Source: Mustelus asterias
Taxonomy: Eukaryota
DNA length: 64,000 nucleotides
Reading direction: 5' to 3'
NCBI RefSeq assembly: GCF_964213995.1
Contig: NC_135817.1
Span: forward strand, 70,866,001-70,930,000
Shown: positions 13,590 through 26,438 of the stretch, one piece after another
Layout of the letters: every line of letters starts with the position of its first letter
How positions within the stretch are numbered: position 1 is the first letter of the stretch
Made by a program: the position numbers and the translations under genes
Notes under the pieces: model-generated
The model's input: only the letters and a program-made list of their open reading frames with translations
What the model was told of the DNA's origin: nothing
Databases searched by the model: none

Positions 13590-14402
13590 TGTATTGTACC
13601 TGTTAATTCTCAAATACTTTCAACCAGTTTGCTTACTCTAAGGTTTTATCCTGGTGTCCTTATTTGCAAGATGGACAAAGGACAAGCACAAGTAAAGGTT
13701 CAACAAGTTTATTAATAATAACACTATTAACCCTTAAATTACCCACATAAAACAAGACGATACCACAGATTCAAGTATACTACCCGTAAAGATGGTTTGG
13801 TTAAAACTGCAGGCTCGATTCTCTGAGTCCCTCTGGTCCATCGTCACGAAGGTGAGTCTCGATGGCAGCTTCTTCCTTCCTTCCTTCTCTGGTCAGTCTT
13901 CCAAATGGTCAAGGTCGTCTCCTTCATCGAACCTTCGCTCCTGGTGTGTCTGAAAGGTGTTCCTTTATCCCCCTGGCTGCTTGCCTTTCCAGAAACTTCT
14001 CTGGCTTCCGGCCAATAAGGTCCCAGGAGGGGGTTCCAATACCCAGTGGGTTTCTTGATGTCTGCCTGACAGGACACCAGGGTCCGCCCCCAGGTGTCCC
14101 ATCTCCATGCTGTTGCTCACATGTAACTGCAGGAACTCTCGGTGACAGAAAGTCTGGCCCGATCTGGGCTTCTAACAATAGGCCGGTGCATTTCAATGAG
14201 GTGCAATGATCTCCTGCTAAGTATCAGTAGAGTGCAACGACCTTTGATGGGTGGTTGATGGGTCAGGCGCAGACACGCTTGTGTATTTGTACAATTGGCC
14301 TGCGCGAGGTTTGACTGTGTTTGATTTTAATATGCCCAATTCTTTAATTTAGGATATCCAATTTTATCAGCCTTAAAACTAGGCCCTGTTTATATCACCA
14401 CA
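13590..14402 (-). mobile_element. Solo LTR (ERV/LTR-retrotransposon), 813 bp
   Basis: TG...CA termini; 4-bp flanks catg/cgtg; cleanly splits the host LINE motif aacagca|gtgggtgtacc; AATAAA on the minus strand near 13710. Confidence 0.65.
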
Positions 14403-15609
14403 CGTGGGTGTACCTGCACCTTAGGCACTGCAACGGTCCGAGAAGGCAGCTAACCACCACCTTCTCAAGGGCAACAAGGGATAGACAATAAAACTTGGTT
14501 TAGCCAGCAATGCCCATGTCCCGTAAAATGAATAAAGAGAAAAATGTATTTTTTGGGGTCAGTGGGTATTTTGAACAAGTCCTGTTCGGAACATCAAATG
14601 TTGATGATCACTGAAACACTCTTTGAAAAGCCCTGATTGGCCCCGGGAATTTTATTTGATAACTGATTAACGGTTCAAGAGACCAACTCACCAACTACCT
14701 TCTCAAGGGCCATTAGCGATGAGCAATAAATGCTGGTCTAGCCAGCGACACCCAGATCCCATGATGAATAATAATAAAAAAACATAAAGTAAACTACAGC
14801 AAGAGGTGAGGAAGCAAATGAGCGAGAAAAAGAAGTATCATTCTTTTACCGCCTTGCTCAATAGGTGCAGTTCTTCAATGGCATTACATAAGATACCTTA
14901 GTACACTAAATGCCATTATTGTGTGTCACACACAGTGAAAACATTTCAAACCTCATGTTTTATAGTGTGAGAAAACTACTTACTGGAAATAAACATGCGA
15001 TTATTCGTCAAGTATAAGAGTTATATCATGTTTGCTGGCTTTCAATTTAGCATTCTTTAATTTCATACATAAATAATCTCATGACCTTTTTTGGTTAATG
15101 ATATCGTGACAACTCAAAGCAGGCAGCCGAGCATGACGTTTTATTTGTTTATTAGGGCTTTAAAAGATAAATTGCTTTCATTAGAATTGTGGATAAGCTG
15201 AAAGGTCACCATCGTTTTGGTTAGTGTTCAGTTGTGTTTGTCTGACCACTGCGAAACATGCCGGAAACTGTTTGTACTCAAACATTTTCACTTCTAATTT
15301 CCATTTACTGTTCTTAAAGGTCACACAGAAAGTTGTAGATATTTTCAAATAACATCCTCCCTGTATTATTGATAAGTGATAAATTATACCTCTCTGTTAC
15401 ATTCCACACGTATCAAATTATTCGAGTCTGTCACATCTTTTTAAACCCTTTCTTTCCTAAAGCCGTATTTTATCCCACATCCCTGCCACCAGTGCACCTC
15501 AGGAATTATACAGCGTGTGAATCTTATTTTAATGATCTCCTAGTTTCCCTCTGATTTTCTCCCTCACAACAATGACAGTTCTTGCAGGCACAGTTTCACC
15601 AAGGTTCAC

Positions 15610-17940
15610 TGCTCCTCCAACCCACCCGCTCCTCCACCCACCCACCCGCTCCTCCACCCACCCACTCGCTCCTCCACCCACCCACTCGCTCCTCCACCCA
15701 CCCACTCGCTCCTCCAATCACCCACCCGCTCTTCTAACCACTCACCCACTCTTCTAACCACCCACCCGCTCCTCCACCCACCCACCCGCTCCTCCACCCA
15801 CCCACTCGCTCCTCCACCCACCCACTCGCTCCTCCAATCACCCACCCGCTCTTCTAACCACTCACCCACTCTTCTAACCACCCACCCGCTCCTCCACCCA
15901 CCCACCCGCTCCTCCACCCACCCACTCGCTCCTCCACCCACCATCCGCTCCTCCACCCACCATCCGCTCCTCCAAACACCACCCACTCCTCCACCCACCC
16001 ACCCACTCCTCCACCCACCCACCCACTCATCCACCCACCCACCCGCTCCTCCACCCACCCACCCACTCCTCCACCCACCCACCCACTCCTCCACCCACCC
16101 ACCCGCTCCTCCACCCACCCACTCGCTCCTCCACCCACCTACCCACTCCTCCACCCACCATCCGCTCCTCCACCCACCCACCCACTCGCTCCTCCACCCA
16201 CCCACTCGCTCCTCCACCCACCCACCCGCTCCTCCACCCACCCGCTACTCCACCCACCCACCCGCTCCTCCACCCACCCACTCGCTCCTCCACCCATCCG
16301 CTCCTCCACACACCCGCTCCTCCAACCACCCACCCGCTCCTCCACCCATCCGCTGCTCCCAACATTACCCACTCCTCTAATCACCACCCGCTCTCCAACC
16401 ATCACCCGCTCCTCCAAATCACCACCCGCTCCTCGAACCACCACCCGCTCCTCCAAACACCACCCCCTTCTCCACCCATCACCCGCTGCTCCACCCACCC
16501 GCTCCTCCAAACACCACCCACTCCTCTAACCACCACCCCCTCCTCCAACCATCACCCGCTCCTCCACCCACCCGCTCCTCCAAACCACCACCACTCCTCT
16601 AACCACCACCCGCTCCTCTATCCACCACCCGCTCCTCTAACCACCACCCGCTCCTCTAAACGCCACCCGCTCCTCTATCCACCACCCGCTCCTCTAACCA
16701 CCACCCGCTCCTCTAAACGCCACCCGCTCCTCTATCCACCACCCGCTCCTCTAACCACCACCCGCTCCTCTAACCACCACCCGCTCCTCTAAACGCCACC
16801 CGCTCCTCTATCCACCACCCGCTCCTCTAACCACCACCCGCTCCTCTAACCACCACCCGCTCCTCTAACCACCACCCGCTCCTCCACCCTCCACCCGCTC
16901 CTCCACCCTCCACCCGCTCCTCTATCCACCACTCGCTCCTCTATCCACCACCCGCTCCTCTAACCACCACCCGCTCCTTCATCCACCACCCACTCCTCCA
17001 TCCTCCACTTGCTCCTCCATCCACCACCCGCTCCTCTATCCACCACCCGCTCCTCCATCCACCACCCGCTCCTCCAACCACCACCCGCTCCTCTAACCAC
17101 CACCTGCTCCTCTATCCACCACCCGCTCCTCTAACCACTACCCGCTCCTTCATCCACCACCCACTCCTCCATCCTCCACCCGCTCCTCCATCCACCACCC
17201 GCTCCTCTAACCACCACCCGCTCCTCCAACCACCACCCGCTCCTCCAACCACCACCCACTCCTCTAACCACCACCCGCTCCTCCATCCACCACCCGCTCC
17301 TCCACCCACCACCCGCTCCTCTAACCACCACCCGCTCCTCTAACCACCACCCGCTCCTCCAACCACCACCCGCTCCTCTATCCACCACCCGCTCCTCTAA
17401 CCACCACCCGCTCCTTCATCCACCACCCACTCCTCCACCCACCACCCGCTCCTCCAACCACCACCCGCTCCTCTAACCACCACCCGCTCCTCCAACCACC
17501 ACCCGCTCCTCTAACCACCACCCGCTCCTCCACCCACCACCCGCTCCTCTATCCACCACCCGCTCCTCTATCCACCACCCGCTCCTCTAACCACCACCCG
17601 CTCCTCTAACCACCACCCGCTCCTCCATCCACCACCCGCTCCTCTAACCACCACCCCCTCCTCCAACTACCACCCGCTCCTCCAACAACCACCTGCTCCT
17701 CCACTCACCACCAGCTCCTCCACCCTCCACCCGCTCCTCCAACCAGCACCCGCTCCTCCAAACACCCACCCGCTCCTCCACCCACCACCCACTCCTCCAC
17801 TCATCACCCACTCCTCCAAATACCACCCAACTCCTCCAAACACCACCTGCTCCTCCACCCACCCATTCCTCCACCCACCACCCGCTCCTCCAACCATCAC
17901 CCGCTCCACCAAACACCACCTGCCCCACCACCACCTGCCC
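15610..17940. repeat. 2.3 kb C-rich minisatellite (19-23 nt units, CCACCACCCGCTCCTCYAH)
   Basis: Direct inspection; explains all the GGWRSGW/VEERVGG ORFs. Confidence 0.97.
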
Positions 17941-18060
17941 CACCTGTGACAGAGACTGTAGGTCATGTGTTAGACTCCTCAGTCACCTGAGAACTCGCTT
18001 TCAGTGTGGAAGCAAGTCATCCTCGACTCCGAGGGACTGCTTAAGAAGAACAGAAGAAGA
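17920..18060 (+). mobile_element. RTE-clade LINE 3' end
   Basis: Encodes TTTCPTCDRDCRSCVRLLSHLRT (C-terminal CxxC..H finger), then gtcatcctcgactccgagggactgc and an (AGA)n tail. Confidence 0.65.
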
Positions 18061-18169
18061 TTAAGTTATCATCCTTCATGTATGAGCTTGATCTGGCTAC
18101 TGGGAATCCATGAGCAGGTTTAGGGAAATAGAGTGGCCTGAGCAATGCCTCATCAATGACTGAGAGGTG

Positions 18170-18810
18170 TCAGAGAGATAGAGACATAAAAAATAGGAGC
18201 AGGAGTCCACAGCCTGATGTGGTAGAGAATTCACAGGACCCTGGTGAGAGCACGCCTGGAGTACGGTGTGCAGTTTTGGTCTCTTTATCTAAGAAAGGAC
18301 ACACTTGCCATAGAGGGAGTGCAGTGAAGATTCACCAGACTGATTCCTGGGATGGCAGGATTTTCATATGAGGAGAGATTGGGTCGACTGGGCTTGTATT
18401 CACTGGAGTTTAGACAAATGTGAGGGGATTTTGATGAAAGATATAAAATTCTAACAGGGCTGGACAGACTGGATGCAGGGATGATGTTCCCTGTGGCTGG
18501 GGGATCTAGTACAGAGGTCACAATCTCAGCACATGGAGTAGGCCATTTGGGACTGAGATGAGGAGAAATTTCTTCATGCAGAAGGTGGTGAAAGTGTGGA
18601 ATTCTCCTTCACATAATGTTGTGGAGGCCAAATGACTGAATGTATGTAAGAAAGAAATAGATTTCTAGACACTAAAGACAGCAAGTGGTTTGGGGAGCGA
18701 GCAGGAGTATGATGTTGAGTTAGAGGATCAGCCATGGTCACACTGAATGGCAGGCCAGGCTCGATGGACTGAATAGCCTACTCCTGCTCCTATTTTTTAT
18801 GTTTCCATGA
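18170..18810 (+). mobile_element. CR1 3' fragment
   Basis: cacgcctggagtacggtgtgcagttttgg (LEYxVQFW), FTRLIPGM and CR1 tail. Confidence 0.82.
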
Positions 18811-19855
18811 GCAACTGCTGGGATCATGACCCGAGGAATTTTGGGATCTGTGTCCTTTGTATCCATGCTAACTTGGTAGGTTGCCTATTGTACTAGGCAC
18901 TAATAGCTCCTTCCCACCCCAAACGCTGAAATACTATGCTCAGTGGAATCTAAAATTGCATAAATTACTTCAGTGTCTGCGCAAAAACAAAATGATCTAT
19001 TCCTGAAACTTTTGTTTCCTTTTTGTAACGAGGCAAGATGTGCTCAATTAATTTCTTAACCTCATACTGTGATTAAGTGTTGTCCAACCGAAAGGAGTAA
19101 CTGTGTTGGCAAATAGCTGGGTGGGGGCAGGGGAAGTGTGCATCAAGACATCTTAGGTGGACATGGCCACAATAATCCAGGTGCAGGAGAATCCGATGTC
19201 TATGTAACCTCAAAGCCCTGCATGATAATGCTGTAGCCGCCAAAAATCAGACCACAATCAGTCACTGGCTCAAACCTTTGAGGGCTTTAGTTAGGGTGTC
19301 AGCATGTAGGCCTACCTTGAGAGAAGCTACCCTATTAAACCCTTCAGCAGCCATGTTACTGGGTGCAGGATCCCCAGCTGAAAGCTTGGTAGGTTGCACC
19401 AGATAGGTTGTCTGAACAACTGTTTTCTACCTGTCTTCACAATCGAAGACACTGGGAGCACTCAAGAACAGCAGAAAATCACTGGACCAAGGGGACGGCA
19501 GAGCTTAAAATAATCCCTGTCACTGGGGAAAATCAGGAAAACTAATGGGACCAAAGGCTGACAAATCACCTGGACCTAATGGCCTGCATAATAGGGTCTG
19601 TAACCTTCCAAAATTCCAAAGATTCTGAAAGATCCCAACGGATTGGAAAACTGCAAACGTAATGCCCCTACTTAAGAAAGGAAGGAGACAGAAGGCAAGA
19701 AACTATAGGCCAGTTAGCCTAACATTTGTCATTAAGGAAATGCTGGAATTCATTATTAAGGATTTAAATATATAGAACATAGAACATAGAACATTACAGC
19801 ACAGAACAGGCCCTTCGGCCCACGATGTTGTGCCGACCTTCATCTGAAACCAAGA

Positions 19856-22800
19856 TCAAGCTATCCCACTCCCTACCATCCTGGTGTGCTCCATGTGCCT
19901 ATCCAATAACCGCTTAAATGTTCCTAAAGTGTCTGACTCCACTATCACTGCAGGCAGTCCATTCCACACCCCAACCACTCTCTGCGTGAAGAACCTACCT
20001 CTGATATCCTTCCTATATCTCCCACCATGAACCCTATAGTTATGCCCCCTTGTAATAGCTCCATCCACCCGAGGAAATAGTCTTTGAACGTTCACTCTAT
20101 CTATCCCCTTCATCATTTTATAAACCTCTATTAAGTCTCCCCTCAATCTCCTCCGCTCCAGAGAGAACAGCCCCAGCTCCCTCAACCTTTCCTCATAAGA
20201 CCGACACTCCAAACCAGGCAGCATCCTGGTAAATCTCCTCTGCACTCTTTCCAGCGCTTCCACATCCTTCTTATAGTGAGGTGACCAGAACTGCACGCAA
20301 TATTCCAAATGCGGTCTCACCAAGGCCCTGTACAGTTGTAGCATAACCCCACGGCTCTTAAACTCCAACCCCCTGTTAATAAAAGCTAACACACTATATG
20401 CCTTCTTCACAGCTCTATCCACTTGAGTGGCAACCTTTAGAGATCTGTGGATATGGACCCCAAGATCTCTCTGTTCCTCCACAGTCTTCAGAACCCTACC
20501 TTTGACCCTGTAATCCACATTTAAATTAGTCCTACCAAAATGAATCACCTCACATTTATCAGGGTTAAACTCCATTTGCCATTTTTCAGCCCAGCTTTGC
20601 ATCCTATCTATGTCTCTTTGCAGCCTACAACAGCCCTCCACCTCATCCACTACTCCACCAATCTTGGTGTCATCAGCAAATTTACTGATCCACCCTTCAG
20701 CCCCCTCCTCTAAGTCATTAATAAAAATCACAAAGAGCAGAGGACCAAGCACCGATCCCTGCGGCACTCCGCTAGCAACCTGCCTCCAGTCCGAAAATTT
20801 TCCATCCACCACCACCCTCTGTCTTCGATCAGATAGCCAGTTACCTATCCAATCGGCCAACTTTCCCTCTATCCCACACCTCCTTACTTTCATCATAAGC
20901 CGACCATGGGGGACCTTATCAAACGCCTTACTAAAATCCATGTATATGACATCAACCGCCCTACCTTCATCAACACACCTAGTTACCTCCTCAAAAAATT
21001 CTATCAAATTTGTGAGGCACGATTTGCCCTTCACAAATCCGTGCTGACTATCCCGGATTAATCCGCATCTTTCTAAATGGTCGTAAATCCCATCCCTAAG
21101 GACCTTTTCCATCAATTTACCAACCACCGAAGTCAGACTAACCGGTCTATAATTACCAGGGTCATTTCTATTCCCTTTCTTAAACAGAGGAACAACATTC
21201 GCCACTCTCCAGTCCTCTGGCACCAACCCCGTGGACAGCGAGGACCCAAAGATCAAAGCCAAAGGCTCTGCAATCTCATCCCTCGCCTCCCAAAGAATCC
21301 TAGGATACATTTCATCAGGCCCAGGGGACTTATCGACCTTCAGTTTATTCAAAACTGCCAATACATCCTCCCTCCGAACATCTATTTCCTCCAGCCTATT
21401 AGCCTGTAACACCTTCTCTTCCTGAAAAACATGGCCCCTCTCCTTGGTGAACACTGAAGAAAAGTATTCATTCATCACCTCGCCTATCTCTACTGATTCC
21501 ATACACAAGTTCCCACCACTGTCCTTGACCGGCCCTAACCTCACCCTGGTCATTCTTTTATTCCTCACATAAGAGTAAAAAGCCTTGGGGTTTTCCTTGA
21601 TCCGACCCGCCAAGGACTTCTCATGTCCCCTCCTAGCTCTCCTCAGCCCCTTTTTCAGCTCATTCCTTGCTAACTTGTAACCCTCAATCGAGCCATCTGA
21701 ACCTTGTTTCCTCATCCCTACATAAGCTTCCCTCTTCCTTTTCACAAGACATTCCACCTCTTTTGTGAACCACGGTTCCCTCACTCGGCCATTTCCTCCC
21801 TGCCTGACAGGGACATACCTATCAACGACACCCAGTATTTGTTCCTTGAAAAAGTTCCACTTTTCATCAGTGCCTTTCCCTGACAGTTTCTGTTCCCATC
21901 TTATGCCCCCTAATTCTTGCCTAATCGCATCATAATTACCTCTCCCCCAATTGTAAGCCTTGCCCTGCCGTCCGGCCCTATCCCTCTCCATTGCAATAAC
22001 AAAAGACACCGAATTGTGGTCACTATCTCCAAAGTTCTCTCCCACAACCAAATCTAACACTTGGCCCGGTTCATTTCCCAGTACCAAATCCAATGTGGCC
22101 TCACCCCTTGTCGGCCTATCCACATATTGTGTCAGGGAACCCTCCTGCACACACTGCACAAAAAGTGCCCCATCCAAACTATTCGATCTACAAAGGTTCC
22201 AATCAATATTTGGAAAGTTAAAGTCCCCCATGACAACTACCCTGTGACCCCCACACGTATCCATAATCTGCTTAGCAATTTCTTCCTCCACATCTCTATT
22301 ACTATTTGGGGGCCTATAGTAAACTCCTAGGAACGTGACCGCTCCTTTCCTGTTTCTAACTGCAGCCCATATTACCTCAGTGTGCATATCCCCCTCAAAG
22401 TGCTTTTCCGCAGCCGTTAAACTATCCTTGATTAACAATGCTACTCCTCCACCTCTTTTACCAGCTTCCCTACACTTACTGAAACATCTATACCCCGGAA
22501 CGTCCAACAACCATTCCTGTCCTTGTTCTACCCACGTCTCCGTAATGGCCACAACATCGTAGTCCCAAGTAGCAATCCACGCCCCAAGTTCATCCACCTT
22601 GTTCCGGATGCTCCTTGCATTGAAGTAGACACACTTCAACCCATCTTCCTGTCTACCGGAACCCACCCTTGACCTTGATACCTTCCCCAATATCTCACCA
22701 CCCTCAACACTGACTTCCGGACTACAACTCCTTTTCCCACTCCCCTGACAAATTAGTTTAAATCCCCCTGAAGAGCCGTAGCAAATTTCCCTCCGAGGAT

Positions 22801-22873
22801 ATTGGTGCCCCTCTGGTTCAGGTGCACCCCGTCCTGTTTGTAGAGGTCCCACCTTCCCCAGAACGTGTTCCAA
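19856..22873 (-). CDS. CR1 ORF2: APE endonuclease + reverse transcriptase
   Basis: 1005-aa open frame; EN motifs YFNARS, ITETW, MGDFN, SDHN; RT motifs QHGF, DFSKAFD, GVPQGSVLGPLLF, KFADD. True start probably lies downstream of the called codon. Confidence 0.95.
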   Translation of the reverse strand: MEHVLGKVGPLQTGRGAPEPEGHQYPRREICYGSSGGFKLICQGSGKRSCSPEVSVEGGEILGKVSRSRVGSGRQEDGLKCVYFNARSIRNKVDELGAWIATWDYDVVAITETWVEQGQEWLLDVPGYRCFSKCREAGKRGGGVALLIKDSLTAAEKHFEGDMHTEVIWAAVRNRKGAVTFLGVYYRPPNSNRDVEEEIAKQIMDTCGGHRVVVMGDFNFPNIDWNLCRSNSLDGALFVQCVQEGSLTQYVDRPTRGEATLDLVLGNEPGQVLDLVVGENFGDSDHNSVSFVIAMERDRAGRQGKAYNWGRGNYDAIRQELGGIRWEQKLSGKGTDEKWNFFKEQILGVVDRYVPVRQGGNGRVREPWFTKEVECLVKRKREAYVGMRKQGSDGSIEGYKLARNELKKGLRRARRGHEKSLAGRIKENPKAFYSYVRNKRMTRVRLGPVKDSGGNLCMESVEIGEVMNEYFSSVFTKERGHVFQEEKVLQANRLEEIDVRREDVLAVLNKLKVDKSPGPDEMYPRILWEARDEIAEPLALIFGSSLSTGLVPEDWRVANVVPLFKKGNRNDPGNYRPVSLTSVVGKLMEKVLRDGIYDHLERCGLIRDSQHGFVKGKSCLTNLIEFFEEVTRCVDEGRAVDVIYMDFSKAFDKVPHGRLMMKVRRCGIEGKLADWIGNWLSDRRQRVVVDGKFSDWRQVASGVPQGSVLGPLLFVIFINDLEEGAEGWISKFADDTKIGGVVDEVEGCCRLQRDIDRMQSWAEKWQMEFNPDKCEVIHFGRTNLNVDYRVKGRVLKTVEEQRDLGVHIHRSLKVATQVDRAVKKAYSVLAFINRGLEFKSRGVMLQLYRALVRPHLEYCVQFWSPHYKKDVEALERVQRRFTRMLPGLECRSYEERLRELGLFSLERRRLRGDLIEVYKMMKGIDRVNVQRLFPRVDGAITRGHNYRVHGGRYRKDIRGRFFTQRVVGVWNGLPAVIVESDTLGTFKRLLDRHMEHTRMVGSGIA

Positions 22874-23632
22874 TTATCCACGTATCTGAAACCCTCCCTC
22901 CTGCACCATCCCTGCAACCACATGTTTAAGTGCACTCTCTCCCTGTTCCTCAACTCGCTATCACGTGGCACCGGTAGCGTACCAGAGATGACCACATGTT
23001 TTGTCTTTGCTCTCAGCTTCCAGCCCAGCTCCCGAAATTCCTGTTTTAAATCCCCGTCCCTTCTCTTACCTATGTCGTTGGTACCAATGTGTACCACGAC
23101 TTGTGACCGTTTCCCCTCCCCCTTAAGAATCCAGAAAACACGGTCCGAGACGTCACGGACCCTGGCATCCGCTCGGCAACAAACCATCCTCGAGTCTCTT
23201 TTGCTGCCACAGAACCTCCTATCTATCCCTCTAACTAACGAGTCCCCAATAACTATTGCCCTCCCGCTCTCCTCCTTACCCTCCTGAGCCACAGGGACGG
23301 ACTCAGTGCCGGAGATCCTCTCACTGCGGCTCACCACTGGTATGTCGTCCCCCTCAACCGTATCCAAAGCGGAATACTTATTGCTAAGGGGAACGACCAC
23401 AGGGGATCCCTGCACCGACTGCTTCTTCCCAGCCCCTCTCACCGTCACCCATCTATTTTCATTCCTCGGAGTAACTGTATCCCTGAAGCTTCTGTCTATG
23501 GCCATCTCTGCGTCCCTAATGATCCTAAGTTCCTCCAACTCCAGCTCCAGTTCCCTTACACGGTTTTGGAGGAGCTGCAGATGGATGCACTTCTCACAGG
23601 TATAATCAGCAGGGACACTGTCGTCGTCCCTC
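22753..23632 (-). CDS. CR1 ORF1: zinc-knuckle/leucine zipper + SGNH esterase (5' partial)
   Basis: CEKC followed by coiled coil RVRELELELEELR; GDSL motif VIGDSLVR, HIGTND and DGVH. The N-terminal part of the called ORF (23633-23715) is AT-rich flank. Confidence 0.88.
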
Positions 23633-23882
23633 AAAATATCTTGAAAACTATTGATTTTAAATAAATAAAGAATAAATATGAATATTTGCACATTCATATT
23701 TAAATGAATGTGCAAATATGTTATTTTTATTATTTCTTCACATGTACCTTTTTAACACAGTGGAAACATGTTACCCAGGACCTGAGCTTTTATGTTCCAA
23801 ACGTAAAAGCATCAATTGTCATGATTTCATTTTTGTAGTTGATATACTGAGAAAAGGCACTGCCTTCTTTAGAAAGCTATGG

Positions 23883-24140
23883 GGCAGCACGGTGGCACAG
23901 TGGTTAGCACTGCCGCTTCATAGCGTCAGGGACTCAGGTTTGATTCCCGGCTTGGGTCACTGTCTGTGTGGAGTTTGCACGTTCTCCCCGTGTCTGTATG
24001 GGTTTCCTCCCACATTCCGAAAGACGTGCTGGTTAGGCGCAATGACCTGAGCAGACGCTGGGCTGTGACGACTAGGGGAATTTCACAGTAACTTCATTGC
24101 AGTGTTAATGTAAGCCTTACTTGTGACTAATAAATGAACA
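23883..24140 (+). mobile_element. V-SINE, alternative tail
   Basis: Head, core and cacagtaacttcattgcagtgttaatgtaagcc tail. Confidence 0.88.
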
Positions 24141-24499
24141 TTTTACTCTTCTCACTTCACTAACTCGCACTAACTTTCTCAGTAGCTTTTTTCACTGAGG
24201 CATATCTAGAGTTGGGGCAGCAGCTCTGGGACCTGGTATTAGTGCAAAGCTGTCACCGTTAAACGTAGACTGTATGAGAGAAGAACCGTGTTGTAGTCTT
24301 TTAAGAGCTGCTGCAGGTTTCCTGTCTACTTGTGAAAATACAAATGTTAAAATGCAACAAAAGTGTTAACAAGCTGGCCTTGCCAAATACGTGTAGTGAG
24401 GTTTCAAGACCGTTTGCTTCATGTTTGGGAGTCTGCCCTTTTAGCAGGAAAAACCGTCAGGTGTGACTTTGAACGCTGCTTGTGATTGACAATAAGGAG

Positions 24500-25400
24500 A
24501 CTTTTCTCAGGTTGGAGGGCAGTAACAAGTGGAGTCTCACAGGGATCAGTGCTGGGACAGCTTTTCACAAGATATATTAATGATTTGGAGAAAGGAGCAG
24601 AATGCACTGTGGCCAGGTTTGCGGATGATACAAAGGCATGAGGGAAGACGAGTTGTAAGGAGGATATAAATAGTTTACAGAGCGAGATCGACAGGTTAAT
24701 TGAATGCGCAGAAATTTAGCAAATGGAATTCAATGTGGGAAAATGTGAGATTGTTCATTTTGGAAGAAGGAATGAGAAGGCAGATTATTATTTCAATGGA
24801 GAGAGACTGCAGAAAGCTGTAGCACAAAGGGACTTGGGGGTTCGTGTTCATGAAACCCAGAAAGCTAGCACACAGGTGCAGCAAGTTATTAGGAAGGCTA
24901 ATTAATGGAAAGCTGGCTTTTACTTCAAGGTGGCTGGAGTCTAAAAGTAAACAGGTACTATTGAAGCCATATTTAGAATACTGTGTAAAGTTTTGATCTC
25001 CTTATTTAAGGAAAGATGTACTATCATTTGAGGCATATAAACATATAAGATTCTTAGGGGGTCAAACAGGGTAAATGTTGGGAGGATGTTTCCACAAACA
25101 GGGAGGTCCAGAGGGCATGGTCGCAGAATAAGGGGATGCTCATTTCAGTCAGATTTGAGGAAGAATCTTTTCTCTCAATGAGTGGTGAATCTTTGGAATT
25201 CTTTACCCCAGGAAGCTGTGGAAACCGAGTCCTTGAACATTTTCAAGGCTGAAATCAGTAGGTTTTTAATCAGTAGGAGTATGGAGAGAAAGCAGGATGG
25301 TGGACTGAGTAAGGGTTAGATCAGCCATGATCTTATTAAATAATTGAGCAGGCTTAAGGGGATGAATGGCCTACTCCTGTTCCTATTTCTTATGGTCTTA
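24500..25400 (+). mobile_element. CR1 3' fragment with internal deletion
   Basis: QGSVLG, FADDTK, MEFNVGKCEIVHFG; shares a deletion junction with 40223-41060. Confidence 0.85.
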
Positions 25401-26438
25401 TAAGTAAAGTCTATTCATATCAGACTAACAGATGAAGCTTTCTTTGCTAGCGCTTCACATTACCTCACAAACTTCATTTAACACTGGTATATTTTCTGTA
25501 TGTGATGACCAAATGAGGGTTGAACTGAACAAGTAATGTTATTTTTATTCATTTAATTCCTTTGTGGTCATGGTCAAACTGATTGCTTACCAATACAGTT
25601 AGGTTGCTGTTGTTCTTGTGGTATGTGTGGCATTTGCTCATGAAAGCTGTGGAGAAAGATATCCAGCAAAGAGACATTGACTGACCTTCAAAATAAGTTG
25701 ACATTTTATGAGGATAAATGTGCACTTCTTTGTTAAAGTGCTATCCAGAATCAGAATAAACTCATCAGCCATTTTATATTCTTCCTCCGGTTGGTATGGC
25801 AGATGGAGTGGTTGAAAAACCGGGTGTCAAACAGCAGTGCCACGCCCATTGCCTACCCACCCCCACAGATATTTTATTTACCATGGCAGGGCTGGCTATA
25901 TCCTGAGTCCAAGCATCCAGGCAAAACATTCTGGCTGCACCAGAGGGTTGCACTCAGTTGTTATAGGTAGGTCCCTCTAAGATTTTTCCCCCTCCCCTGC
26001 ACCCCCCCCCCCCCCTGCACCCCCCCCCCCCCCCCACTGCAATTCCCTTTCCCACTTGCCTTTTACATCCCAAATCCCATCTCCTTCGCAGGGGACGCCA
26101 GCCTGGATTTACCTGCATCCTGATTCCATGGCTCCACTTCTTTGGTAATTGGCTGCAGTCCCAGCAATGGCCACCAGCTCCAGTGGTGCTATTGAGTTAA
26201 GAGAGCTGCTGGCCATTTGATTGGCTGCAGCATTCTGAGGCAGAACCTGCCTCAAACCAATTAACATCATGAAACCCAGTGAATTCTCCTGACATCAGGT
26301 CAAACATGGACAAATTCCTGCTCATTGTCACCCAACACTCTCCCTTAGATGAGGAATCCCTTCTCCTCCACATTGCACACCTCTTGGAAGAAGCACTGAG
26401 AGTAGCAGGGACATAGTCTGGCCTGCTGGTCTTTGTCT

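Larger units (their letters stand above)
11620..14535 (+). mobile_element. Degraded CR1/L2-group LINE hosting nested insertions
   Basis: EN remnant (ggggatttcaatgt = GDFN) and RT remnant (PQGRVLG, FINDL); interrupted by Rex1 (12014-12396) and a solo LTR (13590-14402). Confidence 0.75.
19772..23632 (-). mobile_element. Young near-full-length CR1 LINE (5'-truncated in ORF1)
   Basis: ORF1 plus intact ORF2; 3' tail of (TGTTCTA)n repeats at about 19772-19793. Confidence 0.95.

Noticed and set aside
15529-17966. Many Gly/Trp- or Pro/His-rich ORFs
   Set aside because: Translations of the minisatellite.
25600-25680. Short hydrophobic frame VAVVLVVCVAFA
   Set aside because: GT-rich low complexity; no start codon or convincing donor.
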